26,835 bases of DNA from a virus (Duplodnaviria > Caudoviricetes), in the IMG/VR virus record IMGVR_UViG_3300044636_000037, positions 1 to 26,835 of that record, one strand, 5' to 3'. Under the pieces are notes generated by a model. That model did no database searches and had not been told where the DNA came from. It saw only the letters and a program-made list of their open reading frames with translations. Below, one piece after another: positions 15,001 to 24,249 of the stretch. How positions within the stretch are numbered: position 1 is the stretch's first letter; every line of letters starts with the position of its first letter. A program made the position numbers and the translations under genes.

Positions 15001-17991
15001 GCGTATAAGTACATGAATGACGCTGATCGTCGTTCTATGGCTATTGAAGAAGTCCTTGCCGAGGCTTCTTCTAAGGGAGTAATCAAAGACGCAGGTATAC
15101 GTGCGGCGTTCAATCGTGTTGCTGCCATGATCCGCAAGTTCATTCGCGGTATGGGCATACAAATCAACTACAGCAACAACGATGTTCGTCAGATTCTTAT
15201 TGAGGCGCACGATACGGTTACCACTCGTGAACGCGAGGCTAGACTTAGCCCGTCTGGCGAACCGATGTTTCAGCGCAGGCAGGCTAAAGAACGTCTTAGC
15301 AACGTCTTCGATGTAAACACTACCGCACCTCGTTACGACAACAAGATTGGCGACGGCGTACGCAGTTCGCTGGGCAACGTGTACGACAATTTGCGTGACG
15401 GGGCCATCTCGTTCCTGTCAATACCGCAGATTGCCGAGGTGTGGGCTAAGGAACTTCCGTCTGTTGCTAAGTTAGACACGCTACTTGGTAATCGTGGCGC
15501 GACCGAAATGCGTCGGCGTGAGGAAGTTAGCACCAACGTAACCAAGTGGTTTGAACTGTCTAACAACTACAAAGACAAACCTGAGACGCTTGAAAGGTTC
15601 TTCAAGGTAGCGAACCTGACCACGGTTTATCAGGTTGACCCGCTTAAGGACTCGGTGCAGGCAGTCCTCAAGAAACCGAAGGACAAGATGACGCCCTTCG
15701 ATAAAGTTTCTTATGACATTGTCAGAGAGTACAACAGTCTGCCTGCCGATCTCCGTAAAGCGTACAAAGACCTGCGCGAAGATTACGAGAACAAGTCGCA
15801 ACAACTCTTCAAGTTGATGGAGCAGCGGCTTGGTAAGGATGTTGTAGACAAACTCAAAGCCAAGTATGACGCGAAGCGTTTGCAGGTGTACCTGCCGCTC
15901 TGGCGCGATGGCAATTATTGGTTGTCCTACACAGACAAGAACGGCGAGACGATTGTTGCCGCATACGCGAGTGATCTTGACCGTCAGCGTGGTGAGGACG
16001 CTGCCCGAGCAGAGGGCGGCAAAGAGTTTTCTACGTTCTCAAGACTGCGCGATGCCCGTCGCAGCGGCCCCCCGCCGACTGGGTTCTTGGGCGATGTAGT
16101 CCGTGAGATGGAGAACAAAGGTGCGCCGCAGGACATGATTGATGCGGTGTATGAGACTTTCTTGAACTATCTCCCGGCAGAATCCATCCGGCAGATGTAC
16201 CGTCCTCGTGAAGCCTCGTTTGATATAGCCACGGGCGTTGATCGTTACGGCGTGTTCGGCTTTGAGCCTGATGTGTTTCAGGCTTACTCCAACGTGGCTA
16301 CCCGCATGGCGAACCAACTCACGAACCTTGAGTACGCCATCCCGCTTGAAGAGACGATGAATGAAATCTACAAGCAGGCAGGTGGTGAGCGAGTCAGAGA
16401 CAGGACGCTTGGTGCCGTATACAGCAATCTGAAGAAGCAAGTTGACTTCATCCGCAACCCAGAAAAGAACTGGCTGGTGGACGGAGCAAGTTACTTTAGT
16501 TACCTGTGGTTCATAGCCGGTAACATTTCTTCGGCACTAATCAACACGACCCAGTTGCCTATGGTTGTGGCTCCGCTGCTGATGGGTAAGTACGGCGTGG
16601 CTAAGACTACCGCTGCCATGGACAAGGCCATGAGCACGTATTTCAACGGTGGTTGGGATACGAACAATGCTGGTAAAGGCGCTTTCCCGTCTGACTTCAC
16701 GTTTGGCGAAGCCGCCAATTTAGACCGTAAGTACAAAAAGTTATACCAGACAGCCGTTGCTCGTTCAGTCATCCGTCGTTCAACCGGATACGAAATCACT
16801 GAAGCACAAAAGGCTGGCGTGAAAGACTACGTTGGCATCAAGGCACGTGTAACTCATGGCCTTGGCTGGCTGTTCCAAAACTCCGAGCGTTTCAACCGCG
16901 AAGTTACTTTGCTTGCTGCGTTTGACCTTGCTTACGAGAGAACTAAGAACGTAGACAAGGCTATCGAAGAAGCCTTGAAAGTAGTCAGTGACGCACACGG
17001 TTCTGCTCTTGCCGAGACTGGGCCGCGCTTGTTCCAGCAAGGGTTTGGTAAGGTGATGTTCACCTTCAAGCGGTTTGCTCAAGCGCAAATCTACTTGCTC
17101 AGCAGATTGTTCAAGCAAGCATTTGGCGATGCTGACGCTCAGACGCGGGAAGTTGCACGCAGCCAGTTGATAGGTATTTTTGGTTCGTCTTTCCTCATTG
17201 CCGGTCTGCAAGGCATGCCGATGTATGGCGCAGTAGAGTTCTTAGCGAACCTGCTTATGGGCGACGATGACGAGCCGTACGACTTCAATGCTTACGTAAA
17301 CGATAAGTTCGGTGAGACGGGTCGCAAGGGGCTGCTCAACCAGATGATCGGCGTGGACGTTGCATCTCGTACCGGCTTCAACGGGCTGATCTGGCGCGAT
17401 GACCCGAGGCGCATGGCCGAAGTCGGGCCATTCTTGTACACGCTAGAGCAGGCGATGGGGCCAGCCTACGGCGCGTTCCTTAGCGCACAGCGTGGCGTAG
17501 AACTGTTTGGTGAAGGCGAGTACATGCGGTCTATTGAGGCTATCACTCCGTCCTTCATACGTAACGGCTTCAAAACTCTGCGTATGGCAGAAGAAGGCGT
17601 AAGAAACAAAGATGGTACGCCTGTCGTTGAAGACATCGGCGGCTACAACTTGATGATGCAAGCGGTTGGCTTCAATCCTGCCGAAGTTGCAGAAGCCCGT
17701 GAACGTGCCGGTGTTGATGCCAAGTTTGATTCCAAGTTAAAGAAGCGTCGTGCGGCTTTGATCGACCAGTACAACGCTGCGTGGCAGGAAAAGGATCGTC
17801 AGGGCATGCAGGAAGTTCTGGCTGACATAAAGAAGTTCAACCAGAAGAACCCGCGACAAGGGCTTATCATCACACCGGAAACGCTGATGAAGTCACTTAG
17901 CGGCAGACGTTCGCGTCAGTTGCAGTCAGTAGATGGCCTATACCTGCCATACGGTGTACGTAGTCGCGTGGAAGAATTGGCTGGCAACTAG
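12010..17991 (+). CDS. Large polyvalent-type virion protein (zincin-like metallopeptidase motif, PLxRFG-like region, two wHTH-like domains)
   Basis: 1993 aa; HESLGH (14869-14886) with downstream EEVLAE; 'YLPLWRDGNY' (~15889-15918) resembles the PLxRFG motif; last and largest late gene, as expected for major ejection proteins. Confidence 0.75.
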   Translation: MPRYKVTMPDGKTYSIEGPAGASKEQVIAAVQRRIGAAEEETTLGGEVKEAFKGVIPGAAGLLETAATGAAALLPEKAEMAVRGKAAELAGAAREAFKATPGYEESTGRKFGEALGSTAPFFALGPLGAAGRAGAVGLGVGAGAGEARQRAEMEGGEEDKGLATAAGAVIGASEAIPVFNFVKRLPRDAQLTILDRIKRGFQAAGEEGAQEAASQIAQNIVAKGLYKPSQELIESAGEEGAYGAGVGAFIQVLTDMALGRRVRGVQPPQSAEERLTEEEPPPTAPPGTQASVKEEVARQTREEEKIRAVIDEEKDAADEEARLEREAVQAYEREQEELTARRGYDEQTLREAAEAEALAPVEDEGVPYTPPERKEEVAPVEEEPTVEEPTVEAPTVEEPEYTMRDAALEVFKETGKTNVDTLRNRLAIPLQEAKELRQSLIDEGVLVRRGNTYILQEVETAPAAKAEEVKDADIRARDIEEVDVGAVGGSDVLPPSRPVSAGQVTAEPAVASMERVGEPAAVAPAGAEIVEPALEDIDVAQEELEAAQTPSRATSIRTAALDFVRATGKADPISLQQTLGIELSEARALREALVGSGAIVPVPGKKNLYTVFEELKTTPVTPAREGRIEGESLTAARPEVLQGAPRPAVREVLPEVSEEKPGVTAVGKRTQVSPEFQSTLDDLRQLAAAPDMEGRQYGLDLVGGEARGVTRKKLSPAEVNNAKTLGLTKEATAYAANPAGVAERRTLIEATKAKHKGLVERAVALQKQESDNRKIGKEKILSDGFFRSLYGTLSDPQITMGQLVEAENRLKKSEAKYGEVVAPQVAAEQATFEEDTEFREAIKAQKARAEEREEAEKAAREERRRTRKRDIGLRFERGKGAGMDADRVYEIATKTAANWKNKPRIFVVQSIDELPETLRARTPDDVSGFYINGDVFLIADNATTEANVRATMFHESLGHFGLKNLFGRRLREVMLDIYRTNPAMRKAADGYFKRFPDAYKYMNDADRRSMAIEEVLAEASSKGVIKDAGIRAAFNRVAAMIRKFIRGMGIQINYSNNDVRQILIEAHDTVTTREREARLSPSGEPMFQRRQAKERLSNVFDVNTTAPRYDNKIGDGVRSSLGNVYDNLRDGAISFLSIPQIAEVWAKELPSVAKLDTLLGNRGATEMRRREEVSTNVTKWFELSNNYKDKPETLERFFKVANLTTVYQVDPLKDSVQAVLKKPKDKMTPFDKVSYDIVREYNSLPADLRKAYKDLREDYENKSQQLFKLMEQRLGKDVVDKLKAKYDAKRLQVYLPLWRDGNYWLSYTDKNGETIVAAYASDLDRQRGEDAARAEGGKEFSTFSRLRDARRSGPPPTGFLGDVVREMENKGAPQDMIDAVYETFLNYLPAESIRQMYRPREASFDIATGVDRYGVFGFEPDVFQAYSNVATRMANQLTNLEYAIPLEETMNEIYKQAGGERVRDRTLGAVYSNLKKQVDFIRNPEKNWLVDGASYFSYLWFIAGNISSALINTTQLPMVVAPLLMGKYGVAKTTAAMDKAMSTYFNGGWDTNNAGKGAFPSDFTFGEAANLDRKYKKLYQTAVARSVIRRSTGYEITEAQKAGVKDYVGIKARVTHGLGWLFQNSERFNREVTLLAAFDLAYERTKNVDKAIEEALKVVSDAHGSALAETGPRLFQQGFGKVMFTFKRFAQAQIYLLSRLFKQAFGDADAQTREVARSQLIGIFGSSFLIAGLQGMPMYGAVEFLANLLMGDDDEPYDFNAYVNDKFGETGRKGLLNQMIGVDVASRTGFNGLIWRDDPRRMAEVGPFLYTLEQAMGPAYGAFLSAQRGVELFGEGEYMRSIEAITPSFIRNGFKTLRMAEEGVRNKDGTPVVEDIGGYNLMMQAVGFNPAEVAEARERAGVDAKFDSKLKKRRAALIDQYNAAWQEKDRQGMQEVLADIKKFNQKNPRQGLIITPETLMKSLSGRRSRQLQSVDGLYLPYGVRSRVEELAGN
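13421..13612 (+). CDS. Candidate overprinted gene (63 aa) in the +1 frame of the 1993 aa gene
   Basis: AGGAGGT at 13409-13415, 5 nt before ATG; helical, Leu-rich, protein-like translation. Confidence 0.55.
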   Translation: MQTYAPEILKKLTLEQLEEAMYCLHHDLYPQDKLLQSLQLPQWNELANLLQLLLRERRSSNLH

Positions 17992-18194
17992 CCAATACGC
18001 CAGACCCTGACGCCAAGATGTCCGTCCTTGGACGAGGCATAAGCCTTCACCCTAACCTTGGCGATTTTGGCGCAGGTGTCTAACTTATACAGCATCTCTG
18101 CCGGTTTGACGGTAGGCACGAAGAAAGAATCCCCGACTTCCATACCGTCAAACGGAAAGACCCACTCAGGCTCCTGAAGCCTTGTCCCCGTCAT
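17988..18194 (-). CDS. Small conserved-type phage protein (68 aa), possibly DNA-binding
   Basis: 'FPFDGMEVGDSFFVP...GVRVWR' pattern familiar from small phage proteins; overlaps the end of the primase gene. Confidence 0.75.
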   Translation of the reverse strand: MTGTRLQEPEWVFPFDGMEVGDSFFVPTVKPAEMLYKLDTCAKIAKVRVKAYASSKDGHLGVRVWRIG

Positions 18195-20994
18195 CTTTGA
18201 ACTTCTCCAAGAATTCCCTAGTTACGGCAGGATCAGCACGGAAGGCATAAGTCCATATCGGTGAGGTCACGCCACCTTTCCACCCCGTTGAGAGCCGCAT
18301 CTTCTTGGCATCTACGAGGGTTCCCTTCGCCTTCAACACCGTCTCCATCTCTTCTGTGCTGACGTTGCACTCCGTGACTAAATACTTTCTTAACTCAGTC
18401 TTGGAGATGTACTGCATGTTAGTGTCTATTTCGATTCGCGCCACGATGGCACCGTAGGCATCTGCGATCTGCCTGCCTTCGTTGAACACGAGGATACCGT
18501 TCTGGTACTTGAGCAAGAACTCCGTGATCAGAGCCTCGTAGTCCACCTCGCCGTCTTTGATCGTTTTGTCTCTTACCATGATTGACTGCAGCAGTACGTA
18601 GTTGAACAACCTTTCTAGGTCGTAGTTGACGATGTCGGCTTGAATGGCTAACTCCAGCCCAGCGAACGTGGAAGCGATAGCGTTCTCATAGAACCGATAC
18701 GATGCGTCCGTGCCGAACCGCGACTGTCTGATCCGTTCGTGCCAACTGTTCAGCGTCTTGGTCGCGCCCTCGTCGCCCACGTGCATCAAGTGCTTGATGT
18801 ATTCAAACCCGGCCCACCCGTAGTTGGTGTTGAATGGGTCAAAAATTTCTTCACCCAGTCTGGGGTTGTCTGCCATGGCCGCAGGCCGATTGATGCGGAA
18901 CTCCATGTAACGAGCCATCTCGCCAGTTGGGTTGCGCTTGGCTGCGAAAATCTTATCCCGCATGGACTCGTTAGATGTCATCAAGCACAGTTGTGACGCA
19001 GTCAACTCCTGCTCACGCTCGGCATTAACGCTCGACTGCAACCGAATCTTGCCCTTGCCTTGTGCGACGGAGTGAATCAAGTTTGAAAGTTCTTTCGGGT
19101 CTTTGTCCTTGACCTCGTCCAAGCACAGGATAATGTTCTTCAAGTTGAGGGCGCGTTGCACCAGACCGTTATCGGTCGCCTTGTATACGCTGACGTTCTT
19201 GGGATTGGCGAACACGCTACTAGCCGCAAGCAGCGCACCAGTCTTACCGCCACCAGTGTTGCCGGTGTAGCAGAAGGTCATGCCGCTTGTGGTGCAATAG
19301 CGCATCAGCGGAGAGCCGAACGCCATGCCAAGAGCAAAGGCATGCATCTCAAATCCCGGCATGTTCAGTTTGTTGGCACACTCCTGCCACTTCTCGTAGG
19401 AGCCGTGTGGCTCAAGCATCTTGGCGATGCTCTTGACCATCGGGGACACCGGAGCATGCCGCTCCTTGCCGTCCCGTGTGATCTCTACATTACCAATAAC
19501 GAACGCATCGTTTTCTAGCGTCCATCCCATCTGACCACGTACCTGTTCGGCAGCGTCCTGCGACTGTAAGTAGTGCGCCCATTTCGTCATGTATTCCACC
19601 AATTTAGGCCATTGTGTTTGCGTGGGCGGGGAGATACCCGCCCTGCCAAGCGTTCGCTTGAATTCGTCCAGTGACTGCATCGACTCGTGAGTCAGTTCAA
19701 ACTCGCGAACCTCGTGCGGCAGCAACGCACGGATTGTGAATATCTCGCCCTCAGTACGGCTGTACATCCGCTTGATAGGAAAGAAATCATTAGTTGATAT
19801 TAGAGTCGGTTCTGGCTGGTATCGTGTTCCGTCTTCGTCAACTTCGGCGGGTGGTAGGAAATAAATTCCTCCGGTTCGTCCACGTACATAGGGACGGATC
19901 GCAGGTGGAAGTACCGGAACTTCTTTGGAATCCTCTTCGACCCGAACTGCGTTCTCCTTGGGGTCTTCCGTGGCTTCGACAAAGCGCCGTCCAACGGCAA
20001 GAGGGTTTGTGATACGGCCTCGGAAGGCGCAGCCGTCGCACTTGCCGGGGTTGAGATCGTTGAACTTGTCACACGAAAACGGTTTACCAAAAGACTGATT
20101 AGCCTTGCGAATTGTTGCTTCATAGTTGTACTCAGGGTGGTCTTCAGACATCAAGTGGATGGATGCTTCCCAGTCGGTGCAGTGCCGTGCGATTGACAGC
20201 CCTGCGTACCACAACGGTTCTTCCAACGTGGTAGCGTTAGTTAGAATATGCTTAATCTGAGCGCAGCCCTGATCGCTCAGACTTTTCTCTGCGATGTCTT
20301 GAAACGTGGTCTCGTAGTTGTCGAGCCGCGCTATCTTCTTCGTGTCCTCATCAAGCCCCTTCGGCAGGAGATCAAGAATTGATCCACCAGTGCTAACTTC
20401 GCCTAAGTAACTCTTAAACATGTCGAAGTCGTACTCGACGAACTCCGTGTCCAAGAACTTGGTCGGTGCCGGTGGGTCGGTCTTGTAGTTAAGTGTCTCG
20501 GGGCAACGCAGGATACGCGCTGCATCTGCCGTTACGGCAGGATCAATCTTGAGATAGTCCAAGCACATCTGCTTGAACTTGGTGGCGTAAGCCTTCCATT
20601 CGTCGGTCGGTACGTCACGGTCAAGAATCCAGTAAGCATGCACCCCACCACCCGAATCCACACGGACAGGAGGCGGCAGGTCGTACTGCTTGACGAAATC
20701 GTCCAACGCAGCAAGTGCTTCTTCTTTGCTGCGGTACTTCTTGTCGTTCTCGCCAACGTCAAGGTCAATAAAGAATGTCTTGCAGAACTGAGCGTAGTCA
20801 GTCTTGCGGCTGTGACCCTTAAAACTATTTAGTGCTACGAATACATTCTGGCCTCCATTTGCAAACTCGTTAATCACTACAACCAAGTCGTCGAGTGTTT
20901 CCACGAAGCGGTGAGTTGTTTTGTCATTCTTGATACCGGCAACACAGTAAACACCCTGCGACGGTAATGCTTTCTGGTAAAATTCTTTTTGCAT
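18166..20994 (-). CDS. Primase-helicase (AEP/RepB-like primase + Cys-rich domain + DUF927 P-loop helicase)
   Basis: 'FIDLD', 'DSGGGVHAYW', 'RILRCPET' AEP motifs; C...CxxC cluster; Walker A GNTGGGKT, Walker B LCLDE, 'GKGKIRL', 'TSN'. Confidence 0.85.
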   Translation of the reverse strand: MQKEFYQKALPSQGVYCVAGIKNDKTTHRFVETLDDLVVVINEFANGGQNVFVALNSFKGHSRKTDYAQFCKTFFIDLDVGENDKKYRSKEEALAALDDFVKQYDLPPPVRVDSGGGVHAYWILDRDVPTDEWKAYATKFKQMCLDYLKIDPAVTADAARILRCPETLNYKTDPPAPTKFLDTEFVEYDFDMFKSYLGEVSTGGSILDLLPKGLDEDTKKIARLDNYETTFQDIAEKSLSDQGCAQIKHILTNATTLEEPLWYAGLSIARHCTDWEASIHLMSEDHPEYNYEATIRKANQSFGKPFSCDKFNDLNPGKCDGCAFRGRITNPLAVGRRFVEATEDPKENAVRVEEDSKEVPVLPPAIRPYVRGRTGGIYFLPPAEVDEDGTRYQPEPTLISTNDFFPIKRMYSRTEGEIFTIRALLPHEVREFELTHESMQSLDEFKRTLGRAGISPPTQTQWPKLVEYMTKWAHYLQSQDAAEQVRGQMGWTLENDAFVIGNVEITRDGKERHAPVSPMVKSIAKMLEPHGSYEKWQECANKLNMPGFEMHAFALGMAFGSPLMRYCTTSGMTFCYTGNTGGGKTGALLAASSVFANPKNVSVYKATDNGLVQRALNLKNIILCLDEVKDKDPKELSNLIHSVAQGKGKIRLQSSVNAEREQELTASQLCLMTSNESMRDKIFAAKRNPTGEMARYMEFRINRPAAMADNPRLGEEIFDPFNTNYGWAGFEYIKHLMHVGDEGATKTLNSWHERIRQSRFGTDASYRFYENAIASTFAGLELAIQADIVNYDLERLFNYVLLQSIMVRDKTIKDGEVDYEALITEFLLKYQNGILVFNEGRQIADAYGAIVARIEIDTNMQYISKTELRKYLVTECNVSTEEMETVLKAKGTLVDAKKMRLSTGWKGGVTSPIWTYAFRADPAVTREFLEKFKDDGDKASGA

Positions 20995-21008
20995 ACACTG
21001 CCACAGAT

Positions 21009-21036
21009 AAAAAAAGCGGGGTCAGCAGTCCCCCGC
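21009..21036 (-). terminator. Intrinsic terminator-like hairpin
   Basis: Minus strand GCGGGG-gactgctga-CCCCGC followed by T7. Confidence 0.8.
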
Positions 21037-21061
21037 CAGAGAGGTGTCAAACAAACCTAAA

Positions 21062-21373
21062 TCAAAGATTCCCTCCCAGCATTTGAGAGATGTATATCTT
21101 CGCGTCGAGAGAGTTACGAGCGGGAAGTACACCCTGCTTCATGTCTTCCTCAATGAGGTAGATGAAGGCTTCGATACGAGTGCGCTTCTCTTCCCTTATA
21201 CCCTGTCCTCTGAACCACGCATAGACCGTAGTTCGTGACGTATCCAACGCTTTAGCCACGTAAGCCGCAGGGAGGTTAGCCTCGACACATACTCTGCCAA
21301 GTTTCACCCCCAAGCGGTTGGGGTCTCCGTCTTTTAGCGCGACTAAGAACTTGTCGCCGTATGAGCGAGGCAT
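21062..21373 (-). CDS. Cro/XRE-like HTH DNA-binding protein
   Basis: 'AAYVAKALDTSRTTVYAWFRG' HTH pattern; AAGGAG RBS. Confidence 0.8.
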   Translation of the reverse strand: MPRSYGDKFLVALKDGDPNRLGVKLGRVCVEANLPAAYVAKALDTSRTTVYAWFRGQGIREEKRTRIEAFIYLIEEDMKQGVLPARNSLDAKIYISQMLGGNL

Positions 21374-21382
21374 GGTAACTCC

Positions 21383-22237
21383 TTACTTCTTCGCCCACTT
21401 CTTGACAACGTCGGCAACGTCCCCGTTCGGAGCAGCCTCGGCTTTCTTAGTTGGCTCACGCAACTTCGGTTCCTGCAAAGCAGCAGGGCCAGTGACGATG
21501 GGGCCAGAAGTCTCACCTTCGTCTGCTTGATACACAGTCAACTTAACGGCTGCTTCTGCCGCTGCCGAGTTGCGCTGACGGGTAATAACTTCAATATCCG
21601 ATTCGTCCACCGCTGCAACGGGTGAGAACAGCACCTTCGGTACAGGCGACTTAGTGTCGAACTGCATCTTAGTTACAACACGCCCTGCCGAAATGTCGTT
21701 GCTAGCCAACATCTGAATGTAGGGACGGAACGGATACTTGCCGCCTTCTTCCTTGCCAAAGCAAGATGTTGCAGGAAGCACCAACTGCATGACATCACCG
21801 CCGGGGTTATTCGGCAGCACAACCGCAGTTCGCCAAGACAAACGGCATGCCGCGCCGCTGCCACCCTGACCCGATCCCTTGACCGACCACTGGCAAGAAT
21901 CGCAAGACTTGGCTTGAGGATTCTTTACCTCAACGTCAGGCGTCTTGGAGTCGGTTGACCAGCAGATAGGTGCGATCTTCTCGCCTTCCTTGTATGCACC
22001 AGAGTAGTAGGTGCGGCTAGCGGTGTGAGCCATCTTCACAAAGATGACGTTCATGTGCCGGTCTTCGATAGACGCGACTTCCTTGCCACCTGCCATCTTG
22101 CGGAATACGCCGCCCTTGATGCTGATGCGCTTGACCCCGCCAGTGCCGCCACCGGCTACGGCACGAGTGTCATCGTCGAGTCCAGTCTGCACCGTGGCGA
22201 TCTGGTTCTTCAAACTGACTATGATGTCGTTACTCAT
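21383..22237 (-). CDS. Putative single-stranded DNA-binding/annealing protein
   Basis: 'RISIKGGVFR', 'RTYYSG', four Cys (PICWS, CDSC, ACR), flexible C-terminal tail; position between helicase and primase. Confidence 0.6.
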   Translation of the reverse strand: MSNDIIVSLKNQIATVQTGLDDDTRAVAGGGTGGVKRISIKGGVFRKMAGGKEVASIEDRHMNVIFVKMAHTASRTYYSGAYKEGEKIAPICWSTDSKTPDVEVKNPQAKSCDSCQWSVKGSGQGGSGAACRLSWRTAVVLPNNPGGDVMQLVLPATSCFGKEEGGKYPFRPYIQMLASNDISAGRVVTKMQFDTKSPVPKVLFSPVAAVDESDIEVITRQRNSAAAEAAVKLTVYQADEGETSGPIVTGPAALQEPKLREPTKKAEAAPNGDVADVVKKWAKK

Positions 22238-22243
22238 AAATCC

Positions 22244-22645
22244 TCACTTACTGTTTTTGCGTACTGTTACACCGAACTCTCGCATCACGTTGATGCCGGG
22301 AGGTAGCCCGTCATCTTCATGACCGTTGAGAAACTCTCTGAAGTTGCTCTGATGTATACGCCGCTCAAGCAAGTGCGGAGCCTCGTTATCAAGAACAAAC
22401 TTGTAAAAGTTATCCCAGTCTTGGCAGAAGAAACGCTCGTTCAACTTCCGCATAACGGTGCCGTGACCAGTCTTGATACTGTCAGCGTTTACCGAGTTGC
22501 AGATGTCGAGTAGCGCGGCTTCGATCTGTGTGGCTTCGTCTTTGAGTGCTTTGTCAGCAGCCTCAAATTCACGTAGTAATCTTTCGCGTTGATCACGTAT
22601 GGCAATAAACGCTTCGACTAACTGTTCTGTATTCACCGTATTCAC
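22244..22645 (-). CDS. Hypothetical replication-module protein (N-terminal coiled coil, 'IKTGHGT', 'DWDNFYKFV', 'PPGIN')
   Basis: GTG start overlapping the helicase stop (TAGTG) with a GAGGAGG RBS. Confidence 0.8.
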   Translation of the reverse strand: MNTVNTEQLVEAFIAIRDQRERLLREFEAADKALKDEATQIEAALLDICNSVNADSIKTGHGTVMRKLNERFFCQDWDNFYKFVLDNEAPHLLERRIHQSNFREFLNGHEDDGLPPGINVMREFGVTVRKNSK

Positions 22646-24234
22646 TATGCCTCCTCACTGATTACGTTACTGTACAGGTCAACTATTTTTTGATGACTGT
22701 CTACCTTGCCTTGCAGCATGGCATACATCTTCTTCTCAACATCCGAGCCTTGCAGGTGAACAACAGTCATCTTGTTCTTCTGCCCGACTCGTTCAATACG
22801 TCCGATGCACTGCAGATAAGTCTCTACGCTCATCACTGGCGACCAGAACACAACGGTGTCAGCAGCAGTTAGCGTGATGCCGTGCGCTGCAGATTGCGGC
22901 TGAATCACAAGCACTCGCGGGTCGGTCAAAGATTGGAATCGTTTGATGATCTCTGCGCGTTCTTGTGCTGCAACTGAACCCTGTATGACCTCGCTCGTGA
23001 AACCTTCGCTAGTTAAGAACTTCGTGACTACATCAATAGTATGGATGTACGGAACAAATACTACAACCTTGTTTGACGTTTCATCAAGTACATCTTTCAG
23101 TTCGCGCAGTCGCGGAGAGATGTCGAACTCAATGACTTGCTGCTTGTCGGTATACACCGCACCGCCGCTGATCTGTAGAAGTTTATTCAACGATGCTGCT
23201 GCGTTTACGGCGGAGATTTGTTCCCCTGCTGCTTCAATCAGCATCTGCTGCTTTAGCGTTTTGTAATACTTTGCTACCTGCGAAGTAAGCGGCACATCGC
23301 GTGTCTGATAAGTAAGTTCTGGTAGATCAAGACACTCTTTCTTGGAGTACCTCACTGCGGGCTGTAACGCTCGGTGTACTTCTTCTTTGTGCGTCGGTCT
23401 AGGCAACCACTTAAAGCGGCTTACCTGCTGCATAACTTTATCTCGCCACGCCGTCGTGAACTTCGGCACGCGCTGGGGCGACACGAGTCTTGCAAGACCA
23501 AACGCATCAACAGGTGACTGTGAGGCGGGTGTGCCAGTCATCATCCATAGCCACGTGTCGGGCGTGAGTAGTTTGGCTAGGGTCTTCCATCGCTTCGTCG
23601 ATGCCGTTTTGTAAGCGTTTGCCTCGTCAACAATGATCAAGTCGAACTTGGCAGCGACGAGTTCATCGAACACCACGTGTGTGCCGTCGTAGTTGATGAT
23701 CGTGAAGTCGTACTCGCTCTCAATGATCTTCTTTCTTTTCTCGCTCGTGCCGTAGGCCACGGCGCACGTACGGTGCATGGCAGTCCTAAAGACATCTGCT
23801 TGCCACGCCGAATACATGATAGATAGAGGACAGACCACCAAGACTTTCTTGATGATCCCTAAGTTCATTAGATAGTCAGCGGCCCAGATAGCAGCGGATG
23901 TCTTGCCCGTACCTGCCTCGTTGAAACAGAACGCACGTTGTCTAACGGACAGGAACGAAGCCGTGTCTCGCTGATGTTCAAACGGCTTGTATACGCCGGG
24001 CCAGTTGTAGTCTCGCAATATGGGTGAAGGAAGTTTTGGAAGAGTTATGTTCGGCTGCGCCTGATCAATGATGGCGCTTGCTACAGATACTTCCTTGTGA
24101 TCCCAGAACAAAACTATTTCTTTACTGTTGCCTTGTGACTTAGTGATCTCGCACTTCTCTACATGACTGTAGATATCGTCAGCAAGGTTGTAAGGAATAC
24201 TGAACTGTAATGCTTGGTTTTCAACTATGTTCAT
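22645..24234 (-). CDS. SNF2-family (SF2) helicase/ATPase
   Basis: Q motif 'PFEHQ', Walker A 'GTGKT', 'VVCPLS', Walker B 'IVDEAN', 'MTGTP', 'HGITLTAA', motif VI 'QCIGRIERVGQ'. Confidence 0.92.
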   Translation of the reverse strand: MNIVENQALQFSIPYNLADDIYSHVEKCEITKSQGNSKEIVLFWDHKEVSVASAIIDQAQPNITLPKLPSPILRDYNWPGVYKPFEHQRDTASFLSVRQRAFCFNEAGTGKTSAAIWAADYLMNLGIIKKVLVVCPLSIMYSAWQADVFRTAMHRTCAVAYGTSEKRKKIIESEYDFTIINYDGTHVVFDELVAAKFDLIIVDEANAYKTASTKRWKTLAKLLTPDTWLWMMTGTPASQSPVDAFGLARLVSPQRVPKFTTAWRDKVMQQVSRFKWLPRPTHKEEVHRALQPAVRYSKKECLDLPELTYQTRDVPLTSQVAKYYKTLKQQMLIEAAGEQISAVNAAASLNKLLQISGGAVYTDKQQVIEFDISPRLRELKDVLDETSNKVVVFVPYIHTIDVVTKFLTSEGFTSEVIQGSVAAQERAEIIKRFQSLTDPRVLVIQPQSAAHGITLTAADTVVFWSPVMSVETYLQCIGRIERVGQKNKMTVVHLQGSDVEKKMYAMLQGKVDSHQKIVDLYSNVISEEA

Positions 24235-24249
24235 ACTGTACCTATTTGT

